Source: Neodothiora populina (Eukaryota). From it: a stretch of 64,000 nucleotides of DNA. The position numbers and the translations under genes are program-made. The stretch lies in contig NW_027191415.1 in assembly GCF_041146345.1 (NCBI RefSeq), forward strand, positions 558,001-622,000, read 5' to 3'. How positions within the stretch are numbered: position 1 is the stretch's first letter; every line of letters begins with the position of its first letter. The notes beneath the pieces were generated by a model. It made no database searches, had not been told where the DNA came from, and saw only the letters and a program-made list of their open reading frames with translations. Shown here in pieces: positions 1 through 10,681 of this stretch.

Positions 1-1535
1 CTGTGGGTCTATCGAGACGCCGACATGGCGCGCACTTTTCACAAAGGTAATTGTGGGATCCCCTGACCAGCTCGGACCAGAGCTTGACGGGGTGACGATG
101 GGCACAGAAATCATCGAACGTGACGATCAAACAGGCCAGATCAAGAAATATCGTATAATCAAGTCGACACGCAAGGGTAAAGATCCAATGGAGGTTCATG
201 GATATGACACCCTTCAGGTCTGCAATCGTAGGTCACACTTGTACCTTTAGAGTGAAACTACAACTGACGAATATAGCTTGTGGCCTGTGGTTCAACAAAT
301 ACAAGGTCATGCGTCCCGCGGATAAGTGGAACAAGAAGGCGGGCAAGGGCAGAAGGCGCAAGACCGAGACCGATCCCAACGGTCCTTCGGAACCGCAGTC
401 TGATTTCCCTCAATCCGACTTTCCGCAATCTGACTTCTTCTGCGATCCGCCATCCACGACCTATACGGAGGCGGCCCCGGCAGAGGAGCCGGATATCAAC
501 AACAGGTGCGATGATCTGCGAGAAGTACCTGAAGCCCCTCAGCCTGCAATTCATAAGAGGGCAAACAGTGAGCAGCCTGCGCAAAGATCTACGCAGTCAG
601 AAAATCAATGGACCCATTCAAACCTCGATGCAGCCCTTCATCGCGCGATCCAGTCCAGTCCCGCGGGCCGTAGCTTTCTAGGTACCCAGGAATCGCCCAT
701 CGATCTAGCCGCCGAAGACTTGACACCAAAGCCAACTCGACGTCTGCTCTTCCCATCACCACGCAACTCGAAACACAAGACTCTCGATGACACCGCTCTT
801 CCCGGCTCAAAGCCACCAAGTGGCACCATTATTGAGGTCGCCAACGTCGAGGATCCATGCCTGGCGGACAAGGAGAACATGCCTCCCCCAGCAGCGGGCG
901 AAGACAACGATGACCTGGCACACCTCTTCGAGTGCTCCCCGGGTATGTTCAGAAGTCCAGGCGCTGCTCGCAAGTCGACACCTAGCAAGAACCTTCAGAA
1001 GACTCCTCGTGTTGGCCCAGGTAGCTTCGATGATCTGCTCAAGACGCCTACTCCGAATCGCAGCAGTCTCAAGACTCTGAGCTCAAATGCACGACAGGCT
1101 TTCACTCCGCGCACTTGCTCGAACGGCAACAATGTCGGTGCCTTTCTGCCAACGTTCACCTCTGCGGAGAAGCAGAGCTACGGTCTCTCGCCTCGCCTCC
1201 CTGCCACACCAAGTCGGTTCGCCAATCTGTCGTCTCCCTCGAGAGCGAACAAGGGCGAGATGACGCCATTCACGCGACAACTGACACAGCTATTGAGCGA
1301 AAACGGCGGCAGCGGCGCGAGTCCCGGCAGAGGAATAGCGTTCGACTTTTCCGACCTTGGCTCCTTCATGAGCCCCGGACGTGGACTGGACTTCGATAAG
1401 ATGGAGTTCAATATGCACGACTTTGACGGTATGGACTTCAGCATGGCGGTCAAGCACGATGACGACGGCGCGGGTCAGGCGGGTGGGGTCAGTATTGCAG
1501 CGACCATCGAAGGAGAGCAGGAGACTTCGGAGTGA
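1..1535 (+). CDS. Ams2/Spt21-like GATA-type zinc-finger transcription factor, 5' end outside window; intron 228-276
   Basis: Frame 2 from base 2 reads CGSIETPTWR...LQVCN. Removing GTAGGT..CTGAC..TAG (228-276) gives CNPCGLWFNKYKVMRP, a GATA-type finger. A Ser/Pro-rich C-terminus with a DKEN motif follows; stop at 1533-1535. Confidence 0.8.
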
Positions 1536-2435
1536 ACGAAGTGGGCCCCCGGGCGAGTAATGGCTTTGATACTATGGGATGATTTTGACGCTGGACACGA
1601 ATTATGGCATCGTCGGTAGGGGATATGGAATATGCATACAATAGTACACATTGTGTATTTGGGATTGTGTCGGTAATTACATGGCTGGCCGAATGGGGCC
1701 ATGGTGGTTATCAGGGCAAGATTGGTAAGGTAGACAGGGCATTTCAAGAAGGTAAGACAAGTTGCCCTGCCCGGGCTTCGCTGTTTGTACTGTACCTTAG
1801 TTGTAGTTGTAGCAATAATAACAATAAGAAGACTTCCGGCGTATCAATGAAGCTGTCTCTGTCTGTCAATGATGCTTCTTCTGATTGAGAACCAGTACTC
1901 CTTACCAAGTAGAGCAGGTACCCGAGGTACAAGTAAGGTAAGGTAGTAATTTATCTTGGCAGTCGAGTGGGAAATCGGGCGGCGAGAGATGTGGACATGG
2001 ACAGTGCACGCAAGTGTCTCTCGCTGTCTCTTCCAGGTTCTGTTCTCTTCACGGCGGGGCAACTGTTTTTAATGTGGGCAATCTGAGCTCAAACATCACA
2101 CATCTTTGTTCAACGGCTTAAATCCCACTTCTTGGTCGTATTATTCACCGCCTTGTAGAAAGCATCGTAAGTCACCCCCCTTCGTCATTGTCAAGCTCTC
2201 ATACATCTTCCCTCTCGTCATTTTTACTTCTTCAGAACCCCTCTTCTCTTGTCCCTGAAAGTGAAATCATCACCTTGCTGTACAACAGTCTTGACCCCCC
2301 GAGTACAAAGTGCGAATCAATAACAAAAGACAACCCACAGATCACAACTCGCCTCTCATCACACCACATCAACCCAACAATACACTCCCATCCTATCGCC
2401 ACTTTTCAGGCATTCGCAAATAAGCCTTCGTCACC

Positions 2436-3303
2436 ATGTCCGAGGTTGCAGCAGACACCACGCCCGCCGAGGAGGTCAAGCCCACGGAGGAGGTTACAGC
2501 CACCGAGGAGAAGACCGTCACCGAGCAAGCCAGCGATGTAGCCAGCTCTGCCGCCACAGCTGTCAAGGACAACGTCTTCAGCATGTTCGGTGGAGGCCCC
2601 AAGAAGGAGAAGAAGGAGGAGACCGACGAGGGTGCCGATGAGCCCAGCGGCAGCGCCAAGGCCACCAAGGAGGTAAGGAAACAACGACACTCTCTCTTCA
2701 CAGCGACAAGAGCAAGAAGAGACGCAGCGCTGACATTTCTGTAACCACAGGCCACCGAGGAGGGAGCCGACGACGCCGAGAAGGAGGTCGATGTCCACTT
2801 CGAGCCCGTCGTCCACCTGACCGAGAAAGTCGACACCAAGACAAACGAGGAGTCCGAGGAGGTCAGCTTCAAGATGCGCGCCAAGCTCTTCCGTTTCGAC
2901 CGCGACAGCAGAGAGTGGAAGGAGCGCGGAACCGGCGAGGTCAGACTTCTCAAGCACAAGGAGAACGGCCGCACCCGATTGGTCATGAGGAGAGACAAGA
3001 CCCTCAAGGTCTGCGCAAACCACTACGGTAAGTCTTTTCGAGCTTATTGGTCTGTGGTCTAGTCCTTGTCTGACAATATATGCCACAGTCGTCCCTGACA
3101 TGAAGCTCTCACCAAACGTCGGCTCTGACCGCAGTTGGGTCTGGAACGCATCTGCCGATGTCAGCGAGGGTGAGCCTGAGGCTCAGACCCTCGCCATCCG
3201 CTTCGGCAACAGCGAGAACGCCAACCTGTTCAAGGAGGCTTTCATCAAGGCTCAGCAGGAGAACGAGAAATTCTTCTCCAAGCCCGAGGAGGAGAGCAAG
3301 TAA
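2436..3303 (+). CDS. YRB1: Ran-binding protein 1 (Yrb1/Sbp1); exons 2436-2672, 2751-3027, 3089-3303 (242 aa)
   Basis: RanBD motifs [47 protein letters not shown]; canonical GT-AG introns keep the frame. Confidence 0.96.
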
Positions 3304-4400
3304 GCGGTTTCGTCTTGCAATCCTGGTCTGTCGCTTTATTGGCGAACCTCTTTTGACTTGAACAAGCCTCTTGCACACACGCAGCTAGCTCCAAATACAG
3401 CGTCGATCGAAGCAGCTTCCCGTGCTATGACATGCGCACAATCACGCTTTCACATTCTGGACAAGCAGGTCATCCCTCGACACGTCACTGCAGAGCCCCG
3501 TCTGGTTCATTCTCCCCGGTGTTTTCCCCCCATATTCTGAGAGCAAGCATTATTCGCATCGAGGCATTATGGGCATCTATCACACATCCCCTGCACACGA
3601 AACCCCCCAAGCACCATTCCAACCCAAAGCATCGAACAATTATGCCTTGAACATAAGCCATACAAATCTCATCCCCTTTTTCCCCACCAAGTTTATCACG
3701 AATCACAAATGTTTTGAGCTATGCCAGATAATGTGACATGAGTCGGGGAGGATGATGCTCACACCCGAGCATCACCACGCGCCTCCTGTCTGCGTGTTTA
3801 GATAGAACAGATGGCATAATGTATCCCAAAAATCCTCCCTTATGTGTATGCATAGTCCATGCTGTTCCTTTGCCCTTGTCACGTATGACAGGCGATATCT
3901 AGACTGCGACATGGGAGGAGTTGTTACTTCGAGAGAAGAGTGATGTTGATCACATGCGACGGAATGGTCAATAGCAGATCACTGAAGTGGAGTTTTGCCT
4001 GTGACAGCGAAGAAGCTTCCCCTGCGTTCCAACCAATTTCACTCTTCATTTGCAAGCACAACACTGTCTGAATAGGCCGCTATTGCTTCTGGTCATACAC
4101 ATTCTTGTTGTTGACTGTGACGCCCTCCACAAGGAGCAATGTGATTCGACCCCGCCATGACAAGGGCCCAGGACGCTTTGACCCCCTCTACCTACCCTCC
4201 TCGCCCTACAGCTTACTGTCAGTACGTACCTACTTTACTCTGGCGTTGCAGGCGCGACAACAACCACCAGCCATCGAGTTTCCACAGCTGTCTGGACAAT
4301 ATCTACCACAATTGCAGTCTCATATCCTGCAACTGATACCATTATCCTGATCGCACACTATTGCTTCTGACTCTGTATGACAATTTGTCGCTCGGAAACC

Positions 4401-5628
4401 ATGCCTGATGTGAGCGCATTCCCTTTCTTTTGCAAGTTCTCAAGTAAATAGGACGGAGCCCGCATTCTGATTTGGTATTTCCTTCACAGATTAAGAGAAC
4501 TGTCAAGCTCGTCACTGAGCAACATGTCCTGTAAGTCATTGTATCTCTCTATTCGCTTCATCGTCATCGTGTCTGTTTGCATGCTAGCATAGACACTGAG
4601 TCACACGGCCTCTTTTCGTTCTCGTCTCTTGCTTGCATCACCACATTTTGCTCTTCTAAGCATATATATTGTGCCGAGAGTATCGTGTCAGACCATGTTT
4701 CATGGCAAACACCGCATCTGTCATTGGTGGAAGACACATGCGACCCTACCTCTTGGGCTTCCTTCACTTCCTGCATCGTACAAAATAGCAAAGACTATCG
4801 ACTGACTGAGCTCTCGCTGTCAGGCCCGACACACCCTCCGTGATGGAGGGGTATCCCATGCGTGAATGGAGCATCAAGGTCTTCGTTGTCGGCCCGGATG
4901 GCGAGGAGCTACCGGCCACTTGCTTCGACAAGGTCACTTACAAGCTGCACGAGTCTTTCGGGCCCAAGGCCAAGCAGGGTATTTATTCTCGCTCAAGCAG
5001 ACATGTGCAACAGGACTCATACTGACCGCTTCTCTCCGTGGGTTTGTAGTCAAGAAGGAGCCTCCTTTCCGTATCTCCGAACAAGGATGGGGTGAATTCG
5101 ACATGCAAATCTCCCTGACCCCTTTCGCACAACCCAAGGGCGAGCAGACCATCTTCCACGACCTTAACTTCCAATCTGAGCGCTACGAGGCTCAGCACCC
5201 ATTCAACTTCCGCAACCCCAAGCCCGAGTTGCTAGAACGTCTAAGAGAGAGTGGGCCTGTTGGTGATGCGGCGCCTGCAGTCAATGGCGCTGCAAGTGTC
5301 GCGAAACCTGCCGGTGGTGCTGGCGAGAAGAGGAAGAAGAGCGCCAAGACGCAGGTTGACATGGAGAAGCTCGCTGAGGGTCTCGAGAGACTGGGCGAGG
5401 ATGACCTTTTGCATGTTGTGCAGATGGTGCATGACAACAAGAGCGATGATACATACACCAAGAACGATGTCGAGAGTAAGTTGCTTCGAAAAGAAGAGCC
5501 TGGCCACTTTTACTGACTTTATCCCAGACGGCGAGTTCCACGTCGATCTATACACGCTCCCGGACGCCCTCATCAAGATGCTATGGGACTTTGTTGGCTC
5601 AAAGATCAACATGGCGGATCTGTCGTGA
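4401..5628 (+). CDS. TAF14: YEATS/ET-domain protein Taf14 (Tfg3/Anc1); exons 4401-4409, 4490-4530, 4824-4978, 5050-5475, 5528-5628 (243 aa)
   Basis: Spliced product MPDIKRTVKLVTEQHVLPDTPSVMEGYPMREWSI...KVTYKLHESF...EPPFRISEQGWGEFDM (YEATS) plus C-terminal VDMEKLAEGL...GEFHVDLYTLPD (ET domain). Confidence 0.93.
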
Positions 5629-6336
5629 GTGGGCTTAGATGGTATCTAATGCTCTCACGCCGTCTTTCTTGACACCACGCGATCTGCGGAATTCTTGATG
5701 AGACGGGTCATCAGTGGCAGTCAAAAGGTTTCCAAGCGCAACGGCATAAGCCGTGAAATTTGATGATGTTTCTGCTCGACGTTCTGACGATATACCCTTG
5801 GCTGATCCCCATGAAACAGACTGGCGACCAATGTCACCTTGGAAGCCAGCACAAATAAAAAATAAAGATATTGACGGAGTCTGCTTGCGTGTCAAGAGGG
5901 ACTCCGTTCGCCCATGTCTTTCTGGGTCTAGCTGTTGTCGAGTGTGTCGTTGCAGATATGCCCAGCATGTTGCAGAGCGAAACCGATCCTTGGTCATGAT
6001 CAAAAGCGGCGGACACTTTACGTTAAAAAAGGGATTCTCTTCTCTAGAGTCATATAAAGCAAAGACCTTTTGTTTTGTGGGGGAAAGGGGATGACGGGGA
6101 TGTACATGTGCTTTCCATCAGCAGTGGCCATTGATCCGGATGCGGCAGGGGAGGATTATGTGTTTATGTTTAGTGCGAGGAATGGGATTAAAGGGGAAAA
6201 AGGGAACGGGAGAGTAAGGGAGGGAGGAGTATATCTTAATATCTGATCTAGCAATTTGGCCGGTTCTGCCTACCCTACCTACCGCTGTTCTGTTTCCACC
6301 GACTGACCTCTTTATCTACCAACTTGCTCTATCACT

Positions 6337-7150
6337 CTGTTCAGCCTCAATCTCCGTGTCAGTTTCAACCTCTGTCCTCTGTTCCCTCTCATGCTCCCTT
6401 TTTCTTTGCCATTCCCTTTGCCTTTGCCTTTTGCTGTGCCTGTACCTTAGCTTGTGCAATCGTCTTTGCTATGCCGTCGACCATACCTCTGCCTATGCCT
6501 CTGCCCATCACCTCGACGTCTTACTGTATAGAGTGTCGTCTTACTCCATCCACGAAAGAGCAGAGACCACGCGCCGCGAGAAACCACCTAGACGAGACGC
6601 AGTGGCTCCGCAAGTCCAGCAGTACAAGAACTCCGTGTACCGTAACAAGACACATAGATAGGAACAGAGCAAAAGCAGGCAGGAACTTACTTTACTCGTC
6701 TGATGACGAGACGGTTCGCCTTTTCCTCTTTGTCTCTTCGATTCATCCTCTCTCACTCTAAATCTACAATGACAACAGCAACTATAGCAATATTTACTCC
6801 CAGCCCAGCGCCACCGCTGCCTTAAAACCGACACGAAGAAAACAAAGCCTGACCCGACCGATGCATAAACACCCCCAAACGCATCATTGATATTCAGAAA
6901 AGAGGAACAAGCGCACTAGTGACGATCTCCTAAGTTGGGAATTGTGAAGTTGAAAGACTGCACTGGACAGGGTTGCCCTACTTACTGCTCTGCTTTTACT
7001 GATCTTCTCTTTGTCGACTTCGTTGATTTTGTCTGGTTAGGTACTCTTTTTACCCTTCTAAGATGGGGACTTACTGGATAGTGAAGTATGATGTGCGATT
7101 CGGGACGTGGGATATGGGCTGTCTGGAGAAGCTTGACAGGATTGGAATTA
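6337..7150 (-). ncRNA. Putative spliced non-coding (or micro-ORF) transcript with structured introns; ends uncertain
   Basis: Three perfect GTAAGT donors on the minus strand (7074, 6985, 6690), CTAAC and CTGAC branch points, an AACAG acceptor at 6337, complementary intron arms, and no convincing ORF. Confidence 0.4.
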
Positions 7151-7768
7151 AGGGTGCTAGGAAGAGGTGTTTTGCGGTTCGAAGCGAGTCTCCGTTGGTA
7201 GTGATAGTGACAGCATATCAAACCTGACCAGTTTGGAACAAGGACAAGAGGACGACGCGACAGAAAAGTGAGGCTAGGTACACTTCAGAGAATGGAAAAA
7301 TGAGTATCGTCAGTAGTATAAAATACCCGATCACAACAGAAACAAGATAAGAAAGAATGAATTAAAACTCCCTTGTAGCCAGTCAACCAGCCAGCCATTC
7401 TTTCCTGTTCCGAGTCGTCCTTGATCCCACGCTTTGTGCCCTCCCATCCTTTCATCCTTGGTACCTCCTTTCCCAATGTCCCCGTTAGTCGCCGGCCGGA
7501 CCATCAGAAAGAAAAAGATCCATGAATGTCGGAAACAGAAACAGAGCACAGAAAATGGAACCAGACAAGGGAGAAAAGGCCATAATGCTGTCGAGTCATC
7601 CGTTTATTTCTGTCATCCCACCCAAAGCCGAGCCTGGATCTCTCGTAGAAAACAAAACAAAACGCCAGTAGCTCCAGCCCGTCATTATTCAATGAACCCC
7701 ATCCCCAATACACAAACCTGCTCGCGTGAACAGTCACCGCTCCATGGATGCAATATAGATCAGAAGAA

Positions 7769-10681
7769 CTATTTCCTTTCTGGATGAGCAATGGCTTTTT
7801 CCTCGAAAGCAGGCCCGACATTCCTGCACTTGGGTTTCTCGCCCAGTCCATGCGACGGTCCCTTGTTGCACCTAGAGCAGCTGACATCGCCCATCATGTT
7901 CTTGCTGCACTGCTCCTGGCACTTGAGCCCATGGCGTTGAACCAACGCCTTTTGTCGAGGTCCCGTACCAAGAGGCTGAGCATCCGACTTGGGCTGCTTT
8001 GAGGACTTGTGGCGTAAAGCCAGCAGACGGGTGACTCCAGGACGAATCGTGTCGGCGACTATATGCGAAGTCTGCTGATTGACCCTGCAACCGAACGACT
8101 TGACTCGCGCAAGTAGAGACGCTGGGACAGCGTCGTTGCGCAACGGCGCAGAAGGTTTACGGAGGAGTCGCTCCTTTAGTCTAAGGGAGTTGACCCGAGC
8201 ACGATTCAGACCTTCCTTGGCTGGGATACGTTTCATGACAAGAGAGCCAATGTATGTTGACGCATTATTGGCCAACGAGCTGGCTGTGCTCAGCATCTGC
8301 CTGTCTTTTTCGACGACGAATGACATGACGCTGCTGACAGAATAGACAAGAGACGAAGTGCTGTTCGACAACTCTTGCATTGCGTTTGCAACGGAGCCAG
8401 CGACACCATTGCGTAGTGATCTCGCACGTAGTGCTGATGTCTTGAGAGCGTCATGAGTATTGTTAATCAATTTGTCCTGAAACGCCCTCGCAGCAGATGA
8501 AGCATCTACCACGTCCCGCTGAAGGTCTTGTTGTACTTGTCTCGCAACGTTCTCATATGTGGCTCGCTGGGCAAGCCGATTTCCCAGGTAGACTTTGACA
8601 GTCTCATTGATACGCGGACTGGCGGTAGATTGGACGTCTAGGATGACCTGACCGTGAGCATCATAGGGGTTGAGCCGCAATTGGTATACACCTCCGATAA
8701 GTCTAGTGGCATTGTAATTGACCATACTGTTGTCGTTTCTGAAGAGGCCAATGTAGGCGTTGGATCTATACTGTCTCGGCAGAGAAACAAAAAGCTGATC
8801 TGGCTTGGCAACATAAACATTGATGCTGGTCGGAAAAGAAAGACCGATCGTGGTAGAGCCTGACTGGACCCCAGTAGTAGTTGGATAATGCAAGACGTTT
8901 GCAACATCAACAGACGTTACCGATGACCTGTTGAAAGCCATCGCAAGCGCGCCCTGACGTGCTGACAAGTCAGAAACAGCATCAGACTTCAGATACTTCG
9001 AGGCTGCTGTGCTCAAGGCGTAGAGGGCCAACGAAGTCATGAAAAGGAATCTGATTGTGCGTGTGATACTCCCTAAAAGTGGAGATTGTTCAAAGGCCTG
9101 CTTCATCTGGCACCTGGTCTTGAACATGCTTCTGGGCGTGCCAGCATCCTCACTTTCGTACATGGCTGTACTCGTGTGGTGTAGACTGCTGCATTCGGCC
9201 AGATGACGGCTCAGGTCGTCGTTGTTCACATCATGGACAAAATTGTGCAGAGAGATGACTTTAGGCGGTTGTCTACGTTTCGAAGTGGCATGTTGTCCAT
9301 CATGATTGCGCAGAGATAGGAAAGAAAAGGGCGGATCAGATCTAATGGCAGCCTTCAGCACGGGCGAGGGCACAAGAACATCGTTGCATGGAGCGGAGAT
9401 CTCAAGCAAGGCAACATAATTGCAGCAAAGCTCGAGAGCCAGAGATCCAGCCAAGGCTTGATTGCCCTCGATGGTGTGCCGGGCTTGTTCGGGATGCTTC
9501 AAGCATTGCTCGGTGTGAAAGAAGATGGCAATGTGTGGGACCAATTCAGCAATGCCGAGATCTAGGATGGCTCCACTCTTCATCTCGACTCTATTTCGTT
9601 GAAGATCGTAGTCAACGGCGTGGTCGACATTGACAACGACGGCATCTGCTCCTGGACCGGTGACACGGAATTGTTGATTGTATAGAGGGAGAAGGGAATG
9701 AGAAGTGGAACCCGACACTTTTGTGATGGAGTCAAGGATGACAGCATGGCCGGTAATGGCAGACATGATCTTGGAAACGACGAGCAGTTGATGGTCCTCG
9801 TTAAGGGATTGTCCAGCGACAAAGAGTAAATGCAAGGGAGAATCGGGCATGACATAAGGCTGATCGGCCTTTGTAAAGGCCGCGATATTGTGCGAGGTCG
9901 CCGCAGGGCAGGGCATGACGGGACGGACAGCATGAGAAGCAGAAGCCGGTGAGCTCGTCTCGTACATGGCCAGACGCTCAGTCATTGCAGAATGAGTGGA
10001 AGGGACGATGGTGTGATCGCTCATCATGATGCCCTGATCCAGCTCTTCTGTCTCGTGAGGTCGACCGCGAATGTGAAGGGGCAGATCGTCGAGGTTGATC
10101 CGAGTGAAATCATCGACCGAGTCGGAGATGTCATCTTGTCCATCGAATCGATCACTGACGGTGTCGGCATTGGAGACGGTGTCACCACTCAGACTGAGCT
10201 CGTCCGGCTCGGTCGAGGCATCGGGTGTCACGACACGACTGATGAGGGAGCGTAAAGATGGATTGAATTCTGGGGAGTAGGCTTCGGATGAGGCTGTAGA
10301 CGCCATGTCGTCAAAGTCACTGTCTCCGTGGCCGAGGCCGTCGTCGACGACAGCCAGATCCTCCGGGCTTGACATATCAGCAGCGGTCTGAGCAGTCTGA
10401 GCTGTTGCAGTATATTCAAGAGGTAAAACAAAGTCCAAAGTGTCTTGGGGTGAAGTGGGGAATTTCAATATGTGATCAAGGGAAGGACAAGACTCGAGAG
10501 TTGATGACGGATCGTGGGCCTGTGTGAGACTCGACTCTGGCACGTCGTCACGATAGCACGAAGCTGGTTGAGAAGGAGCTTCACTGTCACACGGTTCGGC
10601 CTTCTCGAGCTTTAGATCGACTGTTGGAGGACTGACGGCCTCTGCAGCATCAGCATCAGCATCGAAAGTCGACCCAACCAT
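7769..10681 (-). CDS. Hypothetical 970-aa probable type-II single-pass membrane protein
   Basis: Long intronless ORF with an acidic disordered N-terminus, one hydrophobic helix (IRFLFMTSLALYALSTAA) and several N-X-S/T sequons C-terminal to it; family not recognised. Confidence 0.8.
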   Translation of the reverse strand: MVGSTFDADADAAEAVSPPTVDLKLEKAEPCDSEAPSQPASCYRDDVPESSLTQAHDPSSTLESCPSLDHILKFPTSPQDTLDFVLPLEYTATAQTAQTAADMSSPEDLAVVDDGLGHGDSDFDDMASTASSEAYSPEFNPSLRSLISRVVTPDASTEPDELSLSGDTVSNADTVSDRFDGQDDISDSVDDFTRINLDDLPLHIRGRPHETEELDQGIMMSDHTIVPSTHSAMTERLAMYETSSPASASHAVRPVMPCPAATSHNIAAFTKADQPYVMPDSPLHLLFVAGQSLNEDHQLLVVSKIMSAITGHAVILDSITKVSGSTSHSLLPLYNQQFRVTGPGADAVVVNVDHAVDYDLQRNRVEMKSGAILDLGIAELVPHIAIFFHTEQCLKHPEQARHTIEGNQALAGSLALELCCNYVALLEISAPCNDVLVPSPVLKAAIRSDPPFSFLSLRNHDGQHATSKRRQPPKVISLHNFVHDVNNDDLSRHLAECSSLHHTSTAMYESEDAGTPRSMFKTRCQMKQAFEQSPLLGSITRTIRFLFMTSLALYALSTAASKYLKSDAVSDLSARQGALAMAFNRSSVTSVDVANVLHYPTTTGVQSGSTTIGLSFPTSINVYVAKPDQLFVSLPRQYRSNAYIGLFRNDNSMVNYNATRLIGGVYQLRLNPYDAHGQVILDVQSTASPRINETVKVYLGNRLAQRATYENVARQVQQDLQRDVVDASSAARAFQDKLINNTHDALKTSALRARSLRNGVAGSVANAMQELSNSTSSLVYSVSSVMSFVVEKDRQMLSTASSLANNASTYIGSLVMKRIPAKEGLNRARVNSLRLKERLLRKPSAPLRNDAVPASLLARVKSFGCRVNQQTSHIVADTIRPGVTRLLALRHKSSKQPKSDAQPLGTGPRQKALVQRHGLKCQEQCSKNMMGDVSCSRCNKGPSHGLGEKPKCRNVGPAFEEKAIAHPERK

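Noticed and set aside
2393..3101. Long antisense ORFs over YRB1 (similarly 18179-19123, 46068-46901, 60194-60892, 15078-15773)
   Set aside because: Shadows of codon-biased sense genes with no independent protein features.
3299..3385. GTAAGC donor overlapping the YRB1 stop (similar cases at the TAF14 and PTC1 stops)
   Set aside because: Arises trivially from AAG-TAA-G or TCG-TGA-GT; no good branch/acceptor and no meaningful alternative C-terminus such as a PTS1.
6390..6510. Lys/Ala-rich minus-strand mini-ORF MGRGIGRGMVDG...KKKGA
   Set aside because: Low-complexity translation of the purine-rich intron arm; no supported start context.
6694..6745. CTGATGA inside a hairpin, resembling a hammerhead ribozyme core
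   Set aside because: No GAAA after a stem II and no stem I/III arrangement; the motif is buried in CTCGTC/GACGAG.
7170..7200. GGTTCGA T-loop-like motifs (also about 13600 and 44893)
   Set aside because: No cloverleaf, A-box or acceptor stem, so not tRNAs.
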